Assembly: GCA_004022145.1 (NCBI GenBank)
Contig: RCNU01000002.1
DNA: 64,000 nucleotides
Source of the DNA: Paecilomyces variotii
Lineage: Eukaryota
Strand: one strand, 5' to 3'
The stretch's first letter is position 1, and the number at the start of each line of letters is the position of its first letter. Of the stretch, positions 61,778 through 64,000 are shown in pieces. The position numbers were made by a program, and so were the translations under genes. Under the pieces are notes generated by a model. The model did no database searches and was not told the origin of the DNA. It saw only the letters and a list, made by a program, of their open reading frames with translations.

Positions 61778-62404
61778 GGCGGACTGGCGGTGCGAAAGGC
61801 AAGGCGGACTCGCAACTTCAGAGAGCAGGACGATTTCTTGTGGTGCCTGAGGCGGGAAAAAGTTAATGGGGGAGACTTGGCGGTGGAGCGGGCCGGGGAA
61901 TCTTCCGGGGTTATACTGTATTTATGCCATCTTGTATAACTAAGAAACATAACTATATTTTATATTTATTCATTCAGACATGCAAGCCATCTTTCATTTA
62001 GCGAATTCCTTTCTCTTTTAATCTATTGATTGCATAGCTTCATATATCACAGCTTCACCCTGTTGTGTCCCACAGTCCACTTCCACTCTGGCAGGACATG
62101 GAGATATCTCGGAGACGCCCTAGGAGCTCCACCAAAAAGAAGGGCTGGTGGATCCCCTCGGTCGGAGGCTTTATCGTTAGGCTATTTAATCAAAAGCTGA
62201 AGTTCTCCCTATCTAACCTCGGCATCACCCGTCACCACCACACGGGGATCGTAGTAATCAATTAATTCACTACCTAACTAACTAACTGGAGACCAGGTCA
62301 AAGCACTGTCCGAGGAAGCTGGGATCCAGAAGGGTGCAAAACTTCCTTTGCCCTGTTGATCACCACTGTCCTCACCTACAGTCAACCTTCGTATTAACGG
62401 AACA

Positions 62405-63712
62405 ATGGCCTGGTTCACTGAAAACACCTCGTCTTTCCTGTCCGATACCCTTGCCAACCAGCAGACCCGTCTGCCCTTTTTCGCAGTAACGGGCGCGTCG
62501 TTTGCCCTGGGTGTATACTTGCACAGCCTCTTGTCGCGGAAAGACGATACGCCTCGCATCCTCGCCTCCCCGCTAAGCACGCTGGTGCCTTCGTTGACAG
62601 ATGCCGATAAGGCGAAACTGCCCATCCCTCTCGATGTGCTGCCAGGTGCGCGCGACGTCCTCACACCATATGGTTCGATTCGAGTGTATGAATGGGGCCC
62701 GGAACATGGAGAGAAAGTCGTGTTCGTCCATGGTATCACGACCCCGTGTCTGGCAGTAGGTGGAATTGCGCATGAACTGGCAGACAAGGGATGTCGAGTG
62801 ATGCTGTTCGATCTGTATGTCGTCCTTTAATCCTCAACATCGTCTACCCATATCATCGTCAATTTCCCGCGGAAAGCACCTGCTAACAAGTCCAGTTTCG
62901 GTCGCGGCTATTCCGACTCCCCTGGAGACATCCCGCAAGACACGCGCCTCTTCAGCACACAGATCATGCTGGCGCTTTCTTCTTCTCCCATCTCATGGAC
63001 TGGAAATGGCTCCAAGTTCCACTTGGTCGGATACTCCCTGGGTGGTGGAATCGCAGCCGCCTTCGCATCCTACTTCCCCCAGCTCCTGGCGTCTGTGATT
63101 CTTCTGGCGCCCGCAGGCTTGCTCCGCGACACCCATATAAGCTTGCAGTCGCGTCTGCTCTACGAGACCAGCATTATTCCCGAGAACATCCTCGCGTACC
63201 TAGTTGGCCGACGCCTCAAGTCGGGTCCTCTGATCAAGCCCAAGCCACGGAGCCAAATTAAGTCTTCTGGGGGAGAGGAGGTTAAGGACAGCAAATTGAG
63301 TGCTGAAGACGCCCTTACGGAAGAGCTCCAACTCGATGCGCCGCAGCGTCTGTCGAGAGCCTATCCGAACATCACCGTCCCCGCCGCGGTCAACTGGCAG
63401 GTGCACACTCATCAGGGTTTTGTCCAGTCGTTCATGTCCAGCATGCGACACGGACCGATTCTCAAATCGAGACAGTTGAAGACATGGCAGCGGCTGGGTA
63501 AAGCCCTTTCCGATCATTCCGGATTGAAAATCCTTATCCTCTGCGGCGACCATGATAATATCATCATCAGGGACGAGCTCGTGGAAGACGCGACAGCAGT
63601 GCTGGGCAAGGAGAGTGTAGAGTTTGGTTTCTTCGATGCGGGACATGAGTTCCCCAGTACGAAACCAGAGGAGGTGGCTGAAAGGATCCTGTCGTTCTGG
63701 GGCAAGGTGTGA
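62405..63712 (+). CDS. Alpha/beta hydrolase with N-terminal membrane anchor, 2 exons
   Basis: FVHGITTP, FDLFGRGYSD, GYSLGG (GxSxG), GDHDNII, DAGHEFP catalytic triad. Confidence 0.88.
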
Positions 63713-64000
63713 GTTCCAGCCTAGGACTCCATCCTTGGTTACGATTTCCTTCATTCATCCCCCGTCTTGATTCTTCCGCGGTTCCATTTCAACTTAGCGC
63801 TATGCATTACGGTTCATTATTATTGTCATGCCTTGTGTTCTTTCCCATGTACATACACATACACATATAGACCTCTAGAGCAACAACTTCTGCACATGTA
63901 TATACACAGTACACAAATATACATAGAGTAGACATTACATACCACATATTATATCTCTATACAGACATACACAACTCCTTTACCTATTCATGAACTACAC

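Noticed and set aside
63840-64000. (TACA)/(CA)-rich tract at the window end
   Set aside because: Ordinary low-complexity 3' region; not telomeric and not an array.

Overview
Intron-rich filamentous ascomycete (Eurotiales-like) chromosomal DNA. I can support about 26 protein-coding loci, one of them a probable pseudogene. I found no rRNA, tRNA, CRISPR array or recognisable transposase/recombinase. From ~16.4 kb onward the window is mostly conserved genes: MSH6, glutaminyl cyclase, YeeE/YedE transporter, AA7/BBE oxidase, HOL1-like MFS, LigD phosphoesterase-domain protein, ABCC transporter, mitochondrial AspRS, nudC, DPH2, maleylacetate reductase, JIP5 and an alpha/beta hydrolase. A small accessory patch lies at ~32-35 kb. 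The first ~16 kb looks AT-richer by eye and accessory. It holds a DUR3-like transporter/TauD divergent pair with CYS3/MetR-like sites. It also holds the best candidate for an undescribed system, a ~9.7 kb cluster (4.1-13.8 kb) of intact but divergent genes: an adenylate kinase-like gene with an altered NMP site, a cytosolic-looking histidine acid phosphatase, an SHB17-like phosphatase, a family I pyrophosphatase, a Mn-type CDF transporter and a 70-aa four-exon gene missing from the ORF track. Several of their promoters share CRE/Atf-like and CACGTT motifs. Gene models were spliced by hand and family assignments come from motif recognition, not database searches.
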